A model generated the notes under the pieces. The model saw only the letters and a program-made list of their open reading frames with translations. It had not been told where the DNA came from and ran no database searches. Below are positions 50,657 through 61,223 of a DNA stretch of 64,000 nucleotides, piece by piece. The translations under genes were made by a program, and so were the position numbers. This DNA comes from Candidatus Omnitrophota bacterium (GTDB taxonomy: Bacteria > Omnitrophota > Gorgyraeia > 2-01-FULL-45-10): the NCBI GenBank assembly GCA_026387175.1, contig JAPLME010000007.1, positions 487-64,486 of the forward strand, written 5' to 3'. Numbering within the stretch: position 1 is the first letter of the stretch; the number at the start of each line of letters is the position of its first letter.

Positions 50657-51120
50657 TTATGCTCCTCCTTGTCTTGATCTTTATCTACTACCTGGCCTTC
50701 GACGTCAATAACATCATCATAAGTCTTGCGGGGCCTTTCGCTATTTTTCAGGATATTAAATTTCAGGCTAGTGTTGGTATTGGGAACGAGTATGAGGCTC
50801 AGGATGAAGCTTAAGATGCTGAACAATAACGCGGCCATGAACGCGCTCCAGAAACTTGCCACGGTGAAACCGATTACGAATTTTGAGGCAAGATAAAACA
50901 TGAATGCGTTTATGATGAGCGTGAATAAACCGAGTGAAAATATCGTGAACGGCAGTGTCAGCAGTATCAGGACGGGCCTTAGAAACGCGTTTAAGAGCCC
51001 TATGACCAGAGCGGCAATGATCACTACATTGGAGTTGGCCGCGCTTACGCCCGCTATTGTATGTATCACGACAAAGAGAGCGATGATATTCACGAGCCAC
51101 TTTACGAAAAATGACAGCAC
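50653..51120 (-). CDS. YvlD/DUF360 (holin-like) 4-TM membrane protein
   Basis: GLLNAFLRP...LTLP..IFSLGLF...INA motif. Confidence 0.85.
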   Translation of the reverse strand: MLSFFVKWLVNIIALFVVIHTIAGVSAANSNVVIIAALVIGLLNAFLRPVLILLTLPFTIFSLGLFTLIINAFMFYLASKFVIGFTVASFWSAFMAALLFSILSFILSLILVPNTNTSLKFNILKNSERPRKTYDDVIDVEGQVVDKDQDKEEHK

Positions 51121-51125
51121 CTTTA

Positions 51126-51542
51126 TTATTCCCCTATTATCTTTACCAGGACGCGTTTACGGCGTTGTCCGTCAAATTCGCCGTAAAATATCCGCTCCCA
51201 CGGCCCGAAGTCAAGCTGCCCTCCGGTTATCGCCACAACGACTTCCCTGCCCATGATGGTCCTCTTCAGGTGCGCGTCGCCGTTATCCTCGCCCATCAGA
51301 TTATGGCTATATTTATCTTTTCCGTATGGCGCCAGTTTCTCCAGCCATAGCAGGAAGTCCTTATGCAGTCCCGGCTCATTGTCGTTTATAAAGACGCTTG
51401 AGGTTATATGCATCGCGTTTACCAGGCAGAGGCCCTCTTTCACGCCGCTTTTTTTGACGGCGTCCTCGACCTGAGAGTTAATATTTACTATTTCCCGCCG
51501 GTTTTTTGTGTTTAATTGAATATATTCGGTATAGGATTTCAT
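51126..51542 (-). CDS. yjbQ: YjbQ/UPF0047 family protein
   Basis: HITSS, NGDAHLK and [12 protein letters not shown] motifs. Confidence 0.88.
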   Translation of the reverse strand: MKSYTEYIQLNTKNRREIVNINSQVEDAVKKSGVKEGLCLVNAMHITSSVFINDNEPGLHKDFLLWLEKLAPYGKDKYSHNLMGEDNGDAHLKRTIMGREVVVAITGGQLDFGPWERIFYGEFDGQRRKRVLVKIIGE

Positions 51543-51546
51543 AATA

Positions 51547-52512
51547 TCAGTTAAAAGAATCGATTAATTCTAACATCTTTTCGTAGCTTCTTACAAGAGA
51601 TATCTCTCCGCGCATACTCCTGGCGCCCGGAAACGATCTTAAATACCACAGGGCGGTCTTTCTCATTACGCCCACCTTTCCCGGATCGCTGCATTCCATA
51701 TACTTATACATGTAAGAAAGATGGCGTTTGGCGACCGTTTTTATTGTCGACAGATCTTTCTGCCTTGGCAAAGTACCGTCTTTCATATATTCCCCAATTT
51801 CGTTGAATATCCAGGGGTTCCCGAGGGCGCCTCTGGCCACGAGTATTGCGTCGCAAGACGTTTCGTCGAACATCTTCTTTGCTAACTGGGCCGAGAGCAC
51901 GTCGCCGCTTCCGATAACGGGTATCTTCACCGAGTCTTTTATCGCGTGTATGGCCTCATAATTAACCGTCCCGGCGTAATGCTGCAGTCTTGTCCTGCCA
52001 TGTATGAATATCGCCGAAGCGCCGCTTGATTCGCATCGTTTTGCGAGATGTGTGATATCGGCGAGGGTCTCTTTTTCATGGCCCAGCCTCATCTTGACGG
52101 TGATGGGCAGCTTCAGGGATGACGCCAGCAGTTTTATCGTTTCACAAAGCATGTCCCCATTTTTCAATAGATACGCGCCCGCCTTCTTCTTCATTACTTT
52201 CTTTACCGGACATGCGGCGTTTATATCAAGAAACGCCGCTTTCGTAAATGGGAGCACTGTCTTTGCCGCGCTTAATATTATCCGCGGGTCATTACCAAGA
52301 AGCTGCAGGGCTATGGGCTGGTCTTGCTCAATAGTCTTAAGCATCGCGAATGTTTTCTGGCGGTGGTGAGTAACTGAATGCGCGTCGATCATTTCGAAGA
52401 AACAGAACTTTGCGCCATGCTCGCGGGCTATCAGCCTGAACGGCAGGTCTGTGCAGCCCGACATGGGCGCGAGCAGCGCTTTGGTGCGGATATCGCAGGA
52501 GCCTATCTTCAT
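51547..52512 (-). CDS. dusB: tRNA-dihydrouridine synthase
   Basis: LAPMSG.TD.PFR, DIN..CP, IHGRT and RGALGNPW motifs. Confidence 0.88.
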   Translation of the reverse strand: MKIGSCDIRTKALLAPMSGCTDLPFRLIAREHGAKFCFFEMIDAHSVTHHRQKTFAMLKTIEQDQPIALQLLGNDPRIILSAAKTVLPFTKAAFLDINAACPVKKVMKKKAGAYLLKNGDMLCETIKLLASSLKLPITVKMRLGHEKETLADITHLAKRCESSGASAIFIHGRTRLQHYAGTVNYEAIHAIKDSVKIPVIGSGDVLSAQLAKKMFDETSCDAILVARGALGNPWIFNEIGEYMKDGTLPRQKDLSTIKTVAKRHLSYMYKYMECSDPGKVGVMRKTALWYLRSFPGARSMRGEISLVRSYEKMLELIDSFN

Positions 52513-54176
52513 CTCGGTAAATTTACGGTTTTTTCAATAATGAAGTTATTTTCAAAATCGGCGTCTGCGGTTAACTCAGGAGCCTTGAACTGTCCTTCGC
52601 CTGCTGCGCTCTTGGCCGTTTTTCTGGCGCGATAATCTTCAAATGAACCCGGTTTCAGAATTTTCATTACGGGAGAGTCTAATAGCTGGGCCTGTCGGAC
52701 ATAATCGTATTCCCTGTTTTGCTTTCGAAGGGCTTCTTCTATTGATACGAGGATCCTTATAGTATCTTTATCCGCCGGCTGAGGGTCGGAAAATTCCACC
52801 ATAAACGTATAGCGCGGCCCTTCCAGAGGCTTTGCGACTGCGCAGAAAAATACCATGCGGATCTTCTCTTTTTCCAGGACTTTCGTCATTGCCTCGCTCA
52901 CATGCGACTCGTAGAGCTTCTCGCCGGCAAGCGATGTAGCGCCGAGGCCCTTCTGGACAAACTCTATCATGGGGGTTTGCTTAAAGAAACCGGTGACCTT
53001 TATTATATCGTCTATATTATATCTATATAGCCCGCCGGCGGTAGTGACTATTATAAAATATTCCCTGCCCATTTCGAGTTCATTGCAGAGAAGGGTGCGC
53101 TTTTTTTTATTGGTTATATCTTCTTTCGGAATGAACTCATAAAAATTAGTCCGGATCGCCAGGACGCCGCTTGATGTATCGTCGCTTATAGGTATGGAGC
53201 TCCTGGCTTCCGTAGATACGCAGCCGATGTCGCGTTTAGGTATTGCGCCAAAATAGTCCTCGAGTTCTTTCAGGTATAATTTCATCATGCCGCCCTGCCA
53301 GCACTCGATAAGCTCCATGTTTGGCCAGAAGTCCTTTGGCAGGAGCCTTCCGCGGTCTTTCAGTATCTTTTTCAGCTCGTCCGCCTTTTTGGAATTGGGC
53401 TTAAAGGACTTCTCGAGTATCGCGCGGATCTCTGGTGATATTTCAAACTTTTCGGAAAGCTTGCCGAGAGATATGTCGTCTATTATCAGATCCTGCCACT
53501 TCTCTATCTTGCGCATGAGCAGAACTATCGTATTCGGGTTAAGCGTCGCGATATTGGTGATATTCTGTTCTATGCTTATTCTGAGCATAGTGTAATGGCG
53601 GGCCTCATAGTTCTCTATCTCGAATACCTCGTAAGGAAGCGAGTATAGCTCTATGATGAGTTTCGGCAGGGCCCGGTAGCTGTAACCGCTCTCGGCGCCG
53701 AACGGAATACCGGCTTCCGTAGCACCTTCGGTCTCCGGGCTTACGATGGCGAGTATCTTACCATCGAGTACACCAGGATGGTCGCGGGATATGTAGTAGC
53801 TCCATAGGTCCAGGAGGGCATTCTTGATCTTTTCCGAATAACCTGTTGTGGGGATCAGTTTTGGTTTATCTGTGGTGCCGCTTGTAGCGCCAAAGAATTC
53901 GACTTTATCTTTGGTGAGGATATTCTGCTCGCCCGAAGCGATCTTATCGACGTACGGGCGGATGGCCTCGTAGGTATTGATCGGCACCAAGCGCCTGTAA
54001 TCATCTATCGATCGTATCGCACCGAAATTATATTTACGGCCGTACTCCGTATCCTTATTGCGCCGCAGGTATTTCAGGAGGGTCTTTTCCTGGGCTTTAA
54101 GCGGATCTTCTGTCGATGCCTCGAAGACGATTCGTCTGGGCTCGAGATACTTCAGCAAAAGAGTTATTATGCTCAT
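52509..54176 (-). CDS. GH3-family acyl-adenylate-forming enzyme
   Basis: TSGTT..PKLIP, FYEFIP, GLYRYNIDD and GEKL motifs. Confidence 0.85.
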   Translation of the reverse strand: MSIITLLLKYLEPRRIVFEASTEDPLKAQEKTLLKYLRRNKDTEYGRKYNFGAIRSIDDYRRLVPINTYEAIRPYVDKIASGEQNILTKDKVEFFGATSGTTDKPKLIPTTGYSEKIKNALLDLWSYYISRDHPGVLDGKILAIVSPETEGATEAGIPFGAESGYSYRALPKLIIELYSLPYEVFEIENYEARHYTMLRISIEQNITNIATLNPNTIVLLMRKIEKWQDLIIDDISLGKLSEKFEISPEIRAILEKSFKPNSKKADELKKILKDRGRLLPKDFWPNMELIECWQGGMMKLYLKELEDYFGAIPKRDIGCVSTEARSSIPISDDTSSGVLAIRTNFYEFIPKEDITNKKKRTLLCNELEMGREYFIIVTTAGGLYRYNIDDIIKVTGFFKQTPMIEFVQKGLGATSLAGEKLYESHVSEAMTKVLEKEKIRMVFFCAVAKPLEGPRYTFMVEFSDPQPADKDTIRILVSIEEALRKQNREYDYVRQAQLLDSPVMKILKPGSFEDYRARKTAKSAAGEGQFKAPELTADADFENNFIIEKTVNLPR

Positions 54177-54194
54177 AAGCCTTTAGAGACCTTA

Positions 54195-55862
54195 TTACTG
54201 ACTGTCGTAGGTGGAGTAATAGTACGGCGTGTATGCCTGAAATTCCGCAGCGCAGGTGTCGACCAGCTTATAGTCCGGTTTAATGTTGTGGGTCTTTCTC
54301 AAGGCGGAGATCTCATCCTCGGTAACTCCGGTCAGGAGCGCTATCTGGCGGTCGCTGAAACCGAACTCTTTTGCTGTCTTTAGCAGTTTTGCGGTGATGG
54401 GGCTCCCTTTCCGGGTGATCTCTTTTTCGAGTTCAATTATCTCTTTTATGTTATACAGGAACCACCTGTCGATACAGGTCAACTCATAGATCTTGTCTAT
54501 AGACACTCCGGCTCTTATGGCATCCCCGATATAGAATATCCTGTCGCAGTTGGGTTTTCTCAGCTTTTCATAGATGATGTTCAATGTGTCGTCGTCGGCC
54601 TTTATCTCCCGAGGATAATTTTTAAAGAGCAGGCTTTCAAGACCGCTCTTCTTTATTTCAAGAGATCTCAGGCCCTTCTGCAGGGACTCCTTGAAGGTCC
54701 TGCCGATCGACATCGCCTCCCCTACGGATTTCATCGATATAGTTAGCGTCGGATCGGCCGCAGGGAACTTTTCGAAAGTGAAGCGCGGTATCTTCACGAC
54801 GCAGTAATCGATCGACGGTTCAAAACATGCGGGAGTCTCTTTAGTGATATCGTTAGGTATCTCATCGAGCGTGTATCCGACCGCGAGCTTAGCCGCGATC
54901 TTCGCTATGGGAAAGCCCGTTGCCTTTGAGGCCAGCGCTGAGCTTCTTGAAACGCGGGGGTTCATCTCTATTACGACCATACGTCCGTTATCGGGGTTTA
55001 TGGCAAACTGTATGTTGGATCCGCCGGTTTCGACGCCTATCTCCCTTATGCAGGCTATTGCCGCGTTCCTCATGACCTGGTATTCCTTGTCGGTCAACGT
55101 TTGGGCCGGCGCGACAGTTATCGAATCTCCGGTATGCACGCCCATAGGATCAAAGTTCTCTATAGAGCATATGACGACGACATTATCCTTCTTGTCTCTC
55201 ATGACCTCGAGCTCAAACTCTTTCCAGCCGATCACGGATTCCTCGATGAGCACTTCGCTTATCATGCTGGAGTCCAGCCCTATCTTCGCCAGTTCCCTGA
55301 ACTCTTCCATGTTATAAGCGACAGCCCCGCCCGTTCCGCCCAGAGTGAAGCTCGGCCTTATTATTATAGGAAAACCGATCTTTTCGGCGACCGAGATCGC
55401 CTCATTAAGGTTATAGGCCTTACCGCTCTCCGGAAGGTCCAGCCCTATCTTCTGCATGGCCTCTTTAAAGAGATGCCTGTCTTCCGCCTTCTTTATCGCT
55501 TTTATATTGGCACCTATCATAGTGACCCTGTATTTTTTCAAAACTCCGGCTTTATCAAGCCCCACTGCGACGTTCAACGCTGTCTGTCCGCCCAGAGTCG
55601 GAAGAAGAGCGTCGGGCCGCTCTCTTTCGATGATCTTCCTTATCGCGTCCACGGTGATCGGTTCGATGTAAGTTTTATCCGCAAGCTCGGGATCCGTCAT
55701 GATAGTCGCGGGGTTAGAATTTATCAGGATCACTTTGTAACCTTCCTGCCTCAGGACCTTACAGGCCTGTGAGCCGGAATAGTCGAACTCGCAGGCCTGC
55801 CCTATCACTATGGGGCCGGAGCCTATTATCAATATCTTTTTCAGGTCTGTGCGTTTTGGCAT
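54195..55862 (-). CDS. carB: Carbamoyl-phosphate synthase large subunit, N-terminal half
   Basis: [23 protein letters not shown]; ends just after [14 protein letters not shown]. Confidence 0.93.
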   Translation of the reverse strand: MPKRTDLKKILIIGSGPIVIGQACEFDYSGSQACKVLRQEGYKVILINSNPATIMTDPELADKTYIEPITVDAIRKIIERERPDALLPTLGGQTALNVAVGLDKAGVLKKYRVTMIGANIKAIKKAEDRHLFKEAMQKIGLDLPESGKAYNLNEAISVAEKIGFPIIIRPSFTLGGTGGAVAYNMEEFRELAKIGLDSSMISEVLIEESVIGWKEFELEVMRDKKDNVVVICSIENFDPMGVHTGDSITVAPAQTLTDKEYQVMRNAAIACIREIGVETGGSNIQFAINPDNGRMVVIEMNPRVSRSSALASKATGFPIAKIAAKLAVGYTLDEIPNDITKETPACFEPSIDYCVVKIPRFTFEKFPAADPTLTISMKSVGEAMSIGRTFKESLQKGLRSLEIKKSGLESLLFKNYPREIKADDDTLNIIYEKLRKPNCDRIFYIGDAIRAGVSIDKIYELTCIDRWFLYNIKEIIELEKEITRKGSPITAKLLKTAKEFGFSDRQIALLTGVTEDEISALRKTHNIKPDYKLVDTCAAEFQAYTPYYYSTYDSQ

Positions 55863-55863
55863 A

Positions 55864-56940
55864 TCAGTTCTTCTTCATCAATTCTACGAATCTTCCGAAC
55901 AGGTATTCAGCGTCCTTGGGGCCCGGGCACGCCTCCGGGTGAAACTGTACAGAAAATATCGGGAGTTTCTTATGTCTGATGCCTTCAAGAGTCTCATCGT
56001 TCAGGTTTATATGCGTGATCTCGAGCTCTTTTGTATTCAATGTGTTGATATCGACGCAGAATCCGTGGTTTTGGACGGTGATGGCTACCTTGCCGGTCTT
56101 CAGGTCCTTGACCGGCTGATTTCCCCCATGGTGCCCGAATTTTAACTTGTAGGTCTTTCCGCCGAATGCCTGGCCGAGCATCTGGTGTCCGAGGCATATT
56201 CCGAAGATCGGCAATTTACCGATCAGGCCCTGTACTGTCTTTACAATGTAAGGAAGCGCTCCGGGATCGCCGGGGCCGTTAGACAGCATTATGCCGTGAG
56301 GCTTCAGGTCCAATATCTCTTTTGCGCTCGTAGTGGCGGGGACTACCGTTACTTTGCAGTCATTACGCGCAAGCTCGCGCATTATATTAAATTTGGCTCC
56401 GCAGTCGAGAACGATGACTTTAAAGCGCCCTTTGGCGTTCCACTCGTAAGGCTTAGATGGGATAACTTCTTTTATCAGGTCTATACCGACGAGCCCCGGC
56501 GATGCCTTTGCCTTTTTAATGAGATTTGTTTCATTCAGGTCTTCGGTGGACAGGACCGCCTTCATGGCGCCGGATTGCCTTATATGCATAGTAAGGCTGC
56601 GCGTATCGATGCCTTCTATGCCCAGAATGTTGTTGTCTTTGAGGTAGTCCCCGAGCGTCTTTTTACTGCGCCAGTTAGATGCGATCTTCGAACACTCTTT
56701 TACTACGAAGCCTTCAAGGAACGGTTTGCGGGATTCGGAGTCTTCATCATTGATGCCGTAATTACCTATCAGCGGATACGTCATCGTGACGATCTGGCCT
56801 TTGTAAGATGGATCTGTCAGCACTTCCTGGTAACCGGCCATGCTGGTATTAAAGACGACTTCGCCGTAACTTTCGCCTTTGGCGCCGAAAGATTGGCCCT
56901 TGAATATACGGCCGTCCTCTAAAGCTAATATAGCTTCCAT
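55864..56940 (-). CDS. carA: Carbamoyl-phosphate synthase small subunit
   Basis: [21 protein letters not shown] and QFHPE motifs. Confidence 0.97.
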   Translation of the reverse strand: MEAILALEDGRIFKGQSFGAKGESYGEVVFNTSMAGYQEVLTDPSYKGQIVTMTYPLIGNYGINDEDSESRKPFLEGFVVKECSKIASNWRSKKTLGDYLKDNNILGIEGIDTRSLTMHIRQSGAMKAVLSTEDLNETNLIKKAKASPGLVGIDLIKEVIPSKPYEWNAKGRFKVIVLDCGAKFNIMRELARNDCKVTVVPATTSAKEILDLKPHGIMLSNGPGDPGALPYIVKTVQGLIGKLPIFGICLGHQMLGQAFGGKTYKLKFGHHGGNQPVKDLKTGKVAITVQNHGFCVDINTLNTKELEITHINLNDETLEGIRHKKLPIFSVQFHPEACPGPKDAEYLFGRFVELMKKN

Positions 56941-56965
56941 CTCACACTCCTGCCTTATTTCAGCG

Positions 56966-56994
56966 ATTATATATTACCGGCTGGTAAAAGTCAA
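56966..56994 (-). promoter_or_regulatory. Sigma70-type promoter for carA
   Basis: TTGACT-17 bp-TATAAT. Confidence 0.75.
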
Positions 56995-57011
56995 AGCACA
57001 AATCGAGCGGG

Positions 57012-58610
57012 CTATTTTTTGAGCGCGGCTTTGATGAAGTCGCGGAATAGCGGATGCGGCCTATCCGGCTTTGACTTGAATTCAGGGTGGTACTGGACGG
57101 CTATAAAGTAAGGATGGCCTTTTATCTCGACCATCTCTACGAGATTCTTATTCGGATATATGCCGGAGAAGACCATGCCGTTTTTGGAGAAGAGATCCCT
57201 GTATTTATTATTGAACTCATATCTATGGCGGTGGCGCTCCAGGACGAGGTCCTTACCGTATGCTTTGAATGCGGCGGAAGGCCTCTTTATCTCGCACGGG
57301 TAGACGCCCAATCTCATGGTTCCGCCCATGTCTTTTATGCCCTTCTGCTCCTCGAGCAAGCTGATCACAGGATCTTTTGTGTCCGGTTCGAATTCGGTGG
57401 AATTGGCGCTTTTCAGGCCGCACTTGTTTCGCGCGAATTCTATCACCGCGCACTGCATTCCCAGACACAGCCCGAAGAATGGTATTTTGTGCTCTCTGGC
57501 GTATTTTATGGTTTTGATCTTGCCTTCTATACCGCGGTAGCCGAAGCCCCCCGGCACAAGTATACCGGATACGCCGCCAAGCAGCCTGTCCGCTCCAATT
57601 CTCTCTACATCTTCAGAGTCAACCTTTTTTATGATCACCTTAGTGTTATTAGATATACCCGCGTGTACGAGAGATTCATAAATGGATTTGTAGGCATCCT
57701 GCAAACCAATATACTTACCTACCACGGCAACGGTCACCTTCTCTTTTGGTTTCAGGATCCTGTCCACAACCATTGTGCGCCACTTCTTAAGGTTAGTGGA
57801 TTTGCATTTGATATTGAAGTGGTTCAGCAGTATCTTGTCAAGCCCCTGGTCCTTGAATATCAGGGGCACTTCATATATCGTTTCGGCGTCAGGCGCCTCG
57901 ATGACAGCCCCTTTGCGGACATTGCAGAATAGAGATATCTTATCTTTTATGTCGTCGGAAAGCGGTTTTTCCGTGCGGCACAGCAAGACGTCTGGCTGTA
58001 TGCCTATTTCGCGTAGTTTACCTACAGAGTGCTGAGTGGGTTTTGTCTTTATTTCGCCGGCCGAGCGCACATATGGGATCAGCGTCAGGTGTATATATAG
58101 AGCGTTATTATAACCGACATCGAGGCGGAATTGTCTGGCGGCTTCCAGGAACGGAAGGCTTTCGATGTCACCGACGGTGCCGCCTATCTCCACTATTAAA
58201 ATATCAGCGTCAGATACCTGAGCCGCTTTCTTTATCCGTTCCTTTATTTCGTCGGTTATATGCGGAATGACCTGGATGGTCTTGCCGAGGTAGTCTCCGC
58301 GCCTCTCTTTGAGTATTACAGTATTGTAAACCTGGCCGGTGGTGACGTTATTAAATTTTGTCATCTGAGCGCTTGTGAAACGTTCATAATGGCCGAGATC
58401 GAGATCCGTCTCGGCGCCGTCTTCCGTGACGTAGACCTCTCCATGCTGATACGGATTCATGGTGCCGGGGTCTACGTTTATATAAGGATCGAGCTTAATG
58501 AGAGAGACTTTAAGGCCTCTTGACTCCAAAATCTTGGCTATAGACGCTGAGGCGATTCCTTTACCTAGACTCGAAATCACACCGCCAGTGGTGAATATAT
58601 ATTTTGTCAT
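57012..58610 (-). CDS. pyrG: CTP synthase
   Basis: GAGGAG RBS before ATG 58610; [26 protein letters not shown] and ERHRHRYE motifs. Confidence 0.97.
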   Translation of the reverse strand: MTKYIFTTGGVISSLGKGIASASIAKILESRGLKVSLIKLDPYINVDPGTMNPYQHGEVYVTEDGAETDLDLGHYERFTSAQMTKFNNVTTGQVYNTVILKERRGDYLGKTIQVIPHITDEIKERIKKAAQVSDADILIVEIGGTVGDIESLPFLEAARQFRLDVGYNNALYIHLTLIPYVRSAGEIKTKPTQHSVGKLREIGIQPDVLLCRTEKPLSDDIKDKISLFCNVRKGAVIEAPDAETIYEVPLIFKDQGLDKILLNHFNIKCKSTNLKKWRTMVVDRILKPKEKVTVAVVGKYIGLQDAYKSIYESLVHAGISNNTKVIIKKVDSEDVERIGADRLLGGVSGILVPGGFGYRGIEGKIKTIKYAREHKIPFFGLCLGMQCAVIEFARNKCGLKSANSTEFEPDTKDPVISLLEEQKGIKDMGGTMRLGVYPCEIKRPSAAFKAYGKDLVLERHRHRYEFNNKYRDLFSKNGMVFSGIYPNKNLVEMVEIKGHPYFIAVQYHPEFKSKPDRPHPLFRDFIKAALKK

Positions 58611-58626
58611 GCTCTCCTCTTTTATT

Positions 58627-58681
58627 AAAAACAACAAGGACGCTTTGAGCGCCGATAGTACGGCTTCAAAACGTCCTTGTT
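58627..58681 (-). terminator. Terminator in the pyrG leader
   Basis: Minus strand aacaaggacgttttga...tcaaagcgtccttgtt followed by gttttt. Confidence 0.75.
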
Positions 58682-58716
58682 TTTTGAGGTATTCTACGCT
58701 GAGCTACCTACAGCGG

Positions 58717-58744
58717 ATTATACCATAACCCTGGTTCGTGTCAA
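58717..58744 (-). promoter_or_regulatory. Sigma70-type promoter for pyrG, embedded in the 3' end of the upstream gene
   Basis: TTGACA-16 bp-TATAAT with a TG extension; the -10 element overlaps the TAA stop. Confidence 0.7.
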
Positions 58745-60358
58745 GGAAGTTTTCGATTGCTTCGATGTCTTCCCATCCAGAACCATTTCAGCCTCTTTCC
58801 TGTAGGCATCCATAACACAAGAGATGCCGGAGACTTTTGCGGCTTCTTCCGTCAGGGCCATCAGGTCTTTTCTCGATATCGTGTTTAACGAGAAGTTTCT
58901 CGACCCTGCCATAAGCTGCTGCAGGCCCACCTTTATCCGCTGAGAGAACGTGTAAATTCCGACCGCTCCGAGAGGTATGTCCTTCATGTCGCTGCCATAC
59001 TTTTCTTTAAGCTCGTCGTATGTTACGAAGATCTCTTCCGGTTTCATTCCAAACTCCGCAATGTTCGGCGGCAGTTTACCGTCTTTGATCCAGGTTTCGA
59101 TATTCTTTCCGACGAAGCCGGGGATCATCAGAGCCCTGCCCATGCAGACGGCTTTCACGTAAGGCGCGCCCATCGCGAGCACTTTGAATACATGATCCTC
59201 GAGGGCGAATCCGCCGGCGATAGCTATGCTGGGGATCCTCGCCTTCTTCTTCGACAGCTTTTCGCAGAACTCATATGCGAGAGACTGCAGATAGAATGTC
59301 GGTATTCCCCATTCCTGCATCATCCTCCAGGGGCTCATGCCCGTTCCGCCGGAAGAGCCGTCTATCGTCAGAAGGTCGATCTTCGCCTCGGACGAGAATT
59401 TAATGGCCTGCGCGAGTTCTACCATCGAGTAGGCGCCGGTCTTAAGCGTGATGCGTTTGAATCCTATATTTCTTAATCGTTTGACCTCATCCATGAACCC
59501 GTCATAAGAAACGAACCCGAGTCTTGAATGCCTCTCGAACTCTTTTATGGCGCCGTCCTTGAATGCCATCTGGTTCGAATGCACGGTCGGGTCGGGAGTA
59601 ACGATATAACCGCGCTTCTTAAGCTCTTTTGCTCTGTCGAGCGAATTGACTTTGATCTCACCGCCGATGCACTTCGCTCCCTGTCCCCACTTAAGCTCTA
59701 TAGTGTCGAGCTTATGCTTTTTGTGGACGTATTCGGCGACCCCCAGTCTCGTATCCTCGACGTTCATCTGAACGAGTATTTCGCCATAGCCTTCCTGGAA
59801 CCGTCTGTACAGCTCTATGCGCCTGTCCATATCCGGCGCGCTTGTGATCTTGCCTTTTGAGTCGAGCTCCAGCTTAGGGTCGATCCCGCAGACGTTTTCA
59901 CCGCATACAAGCGTAACGCCGGAAATAGCGGCTCCGACGGCGAAATGTTCCCAGTTCTTCCTCGCTATCTCGGTCGAGCCGAGCGCGCCGGTGAAGATCG
60001 GAAGGCGCATCTTCACTTTTTTGTCCCAGCCGTACTCTGTCTCAGTGTTTACTGAAGGAAAGGTGGCCGTATCAGGATTACCTTCCACGCCTTTAGGCAG
60101 CCCTTTTGCGCCGGAGGCGTATCCCTGAATATTTAGATGTGAATAATCTACCGGATAATCCTTGTCCCCGCCCGCTGTCATTTCACCGAAGGGCCCGGGG
60201 TAGATAACTTCCCTGCCTCTGAACGAGGACTTAAATACTTCGCAATTTCCGCGGCATGCTTCAAGGCATCTTGAACATAGACCTGAACTTGGCACGACGT
60301 TCTTTGAGCGGTTGAACGTGCGGCTTGCATCGTTTCCACCCGGACAACGCAGGTTCAT
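58718..60358 (-). CDS. FMN-binding glutamate synthase-family protein
   Basis: N-terminal Cys cluster; ELKWGQGAK.IGGE, IDG..GGTG and AGG motifs. Confidence 0.88.
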   Translation of the reverse strand: MNLRCPGGNDASRTFNRSKNVVPSSGLCSRCLEACRGNCEVFKSSFRGREVIYPGPFGEMTAGGDKDYPVDYSHLNIQGYASGAKGLPKGVEGNPDTATFPSVNTETEYGWDKKVKMRLPIFTGALGSTEIARKNWEHFAVGAAISGVTLVCGENVCGIDPKLELDSKGKITSAPDMDRRIELYRRFQEGYGEILVQMNVEDTRLGVAEYVHKKHKLDTIELKWGQGAKCIGGEIKVNSLDRAKELKKRGYIVTPDPTVHSNQMAFKDGAIKEFERHSRLGFVSYDGFMDEVKRLRNIGFKRITLKTGAYSMVELAQAIKFSSEAKIDLLTIDGSSGGTGMSPWRMMQEWGIPTFYLQSLAYEFCEKLSKKKARIPSIAIAGGFALEDHVFKVLAMGAPYVKAVCMGRALMIPGFVGKNIETWIKDGKLPPNIAEFGMKPEEIFVTYDELKEKYGSDMKDIPLGAVGIYTFSQRIKVGLQQLMAGSRNFSLNTISRKDLMALTEEAAKVSGISCVMDAYRKEAEMVLDGKTSKQSKTSLTRTRVMV

Positions 60359-60433
60359 AGATCCTCCCCTTGTTTGTTATTTTTTTTGCATCATTTGCCT
60401 GTTTTTAAGGCTCACCAATGCAAAAAAATATAT

Positions 60434-60467
60434 GCCTCCATTGGCTATTTTAGGACGTCTCTGTCCC
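60434..60467 (-). promoter_or_regulatory. ANTAR-type dual-hexaloop RNA element
   Basis: GGAC-AGAGAC-GTCC and GCC-AATGGA-GGC: two hexaloops with A1/G4, joined by a 7-nt linker. Confidence 0.7.
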
Positions 60468-60580
60468 CGGGCCCATAGCGTCATCGGTAAGGGCGGGAGG
60501 CTGCTTAATTATATGTAATTATACGCACAAATGCCGGATATTTCTACAAATATATTTTATTTGGATTTTACTTATTTGTT

Positions 60581-61186
60581 TTATTCTTTCGGTTTCATAA
60601 TGAGCCAGGCTATACTTAAGATGCATATCAGGAGATATCCGTACATAGTCTGCCATAGTCCATTTTCGATTGCGATCTGGACGGGAAGCTTGGAAAGATC
60701 CGTCGACATTAATTTGTATAGCCCGCCAATACCTATGGCTCCTCCAATAAGGGCTGTCGCTATAGCCGATACTTTATATTTAAAGCCTATTACGGCCAGG
60801 ATAATGCATACTATCGCAAATAACGGCAGAAGATAAACCAGCATGCTCTTCTTATCCAGGTCCTTGGCATCTTTGAAGAGTATCTGCGCAAGCTGAATGG
60901 CTATATTTGAAGATTTCTTGTTTATCAGGGTCGGAATATCATAACCGCTTACTGTGGTCTTCACCTCTATGTCACCGAGATTACCTATGGCATTCGTTGC
61001 CTTGTCGAATTCTTTGACAAACTTCCCGGCAAAAGACGTATTCTGGAGCTTGCCGCTTGCGGAATCTGCCAGATTCTTCGCTACTTTAGTCGCATTAACC
61101 GACGCCCTGGCCCAAGGCATGAAAAATGAAACTATTATGATAGCCGCGCACGCAACGATCGAACCTGCGAATACTATTTTTTTCAT
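60581..61186 (-). CDS. Hypothetical multi-TM membrane protein
   Basis: GGGAGG RBS, FFMPW motif and four hydrophobic segments. Confidence 0.75.
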   Translation of the reverse strand: MKKIVFAGSIVACAAIIIVSFFMPWARASVNATKVAKNLADSASGKLQNTSFAGKFVKEFDKATNAIGNLGDIEVKTTVSGYDIPTLINKKSSNIAIQLAQILFKDAKDLDKKSMLVYLLPLFAIVCIILAVIGFKYKVSAIATALIGGAIGIGGLYKLMSTDLSKLPVQIAIENGLWQTMYGYLLICILSIAWLIMKPKE

Positions 61187-61223
61187 CTTTTTCCTCCCGT
61201 TTATTATCTTTTAACGCCGATTT

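Noticed and set aside
50653-51120. Prophage suggested by a holin-like gene
   Set aside because: The YvlD/DUF360 family is commonly chromosomal, and no phage genes are nearby.
38550-60128. Many 60-280 aa + strand ORFs opposite pur/car/pyr genes
   Set aside because: They are antisense shadows of well-conserved genes, with no motifs or RBS.
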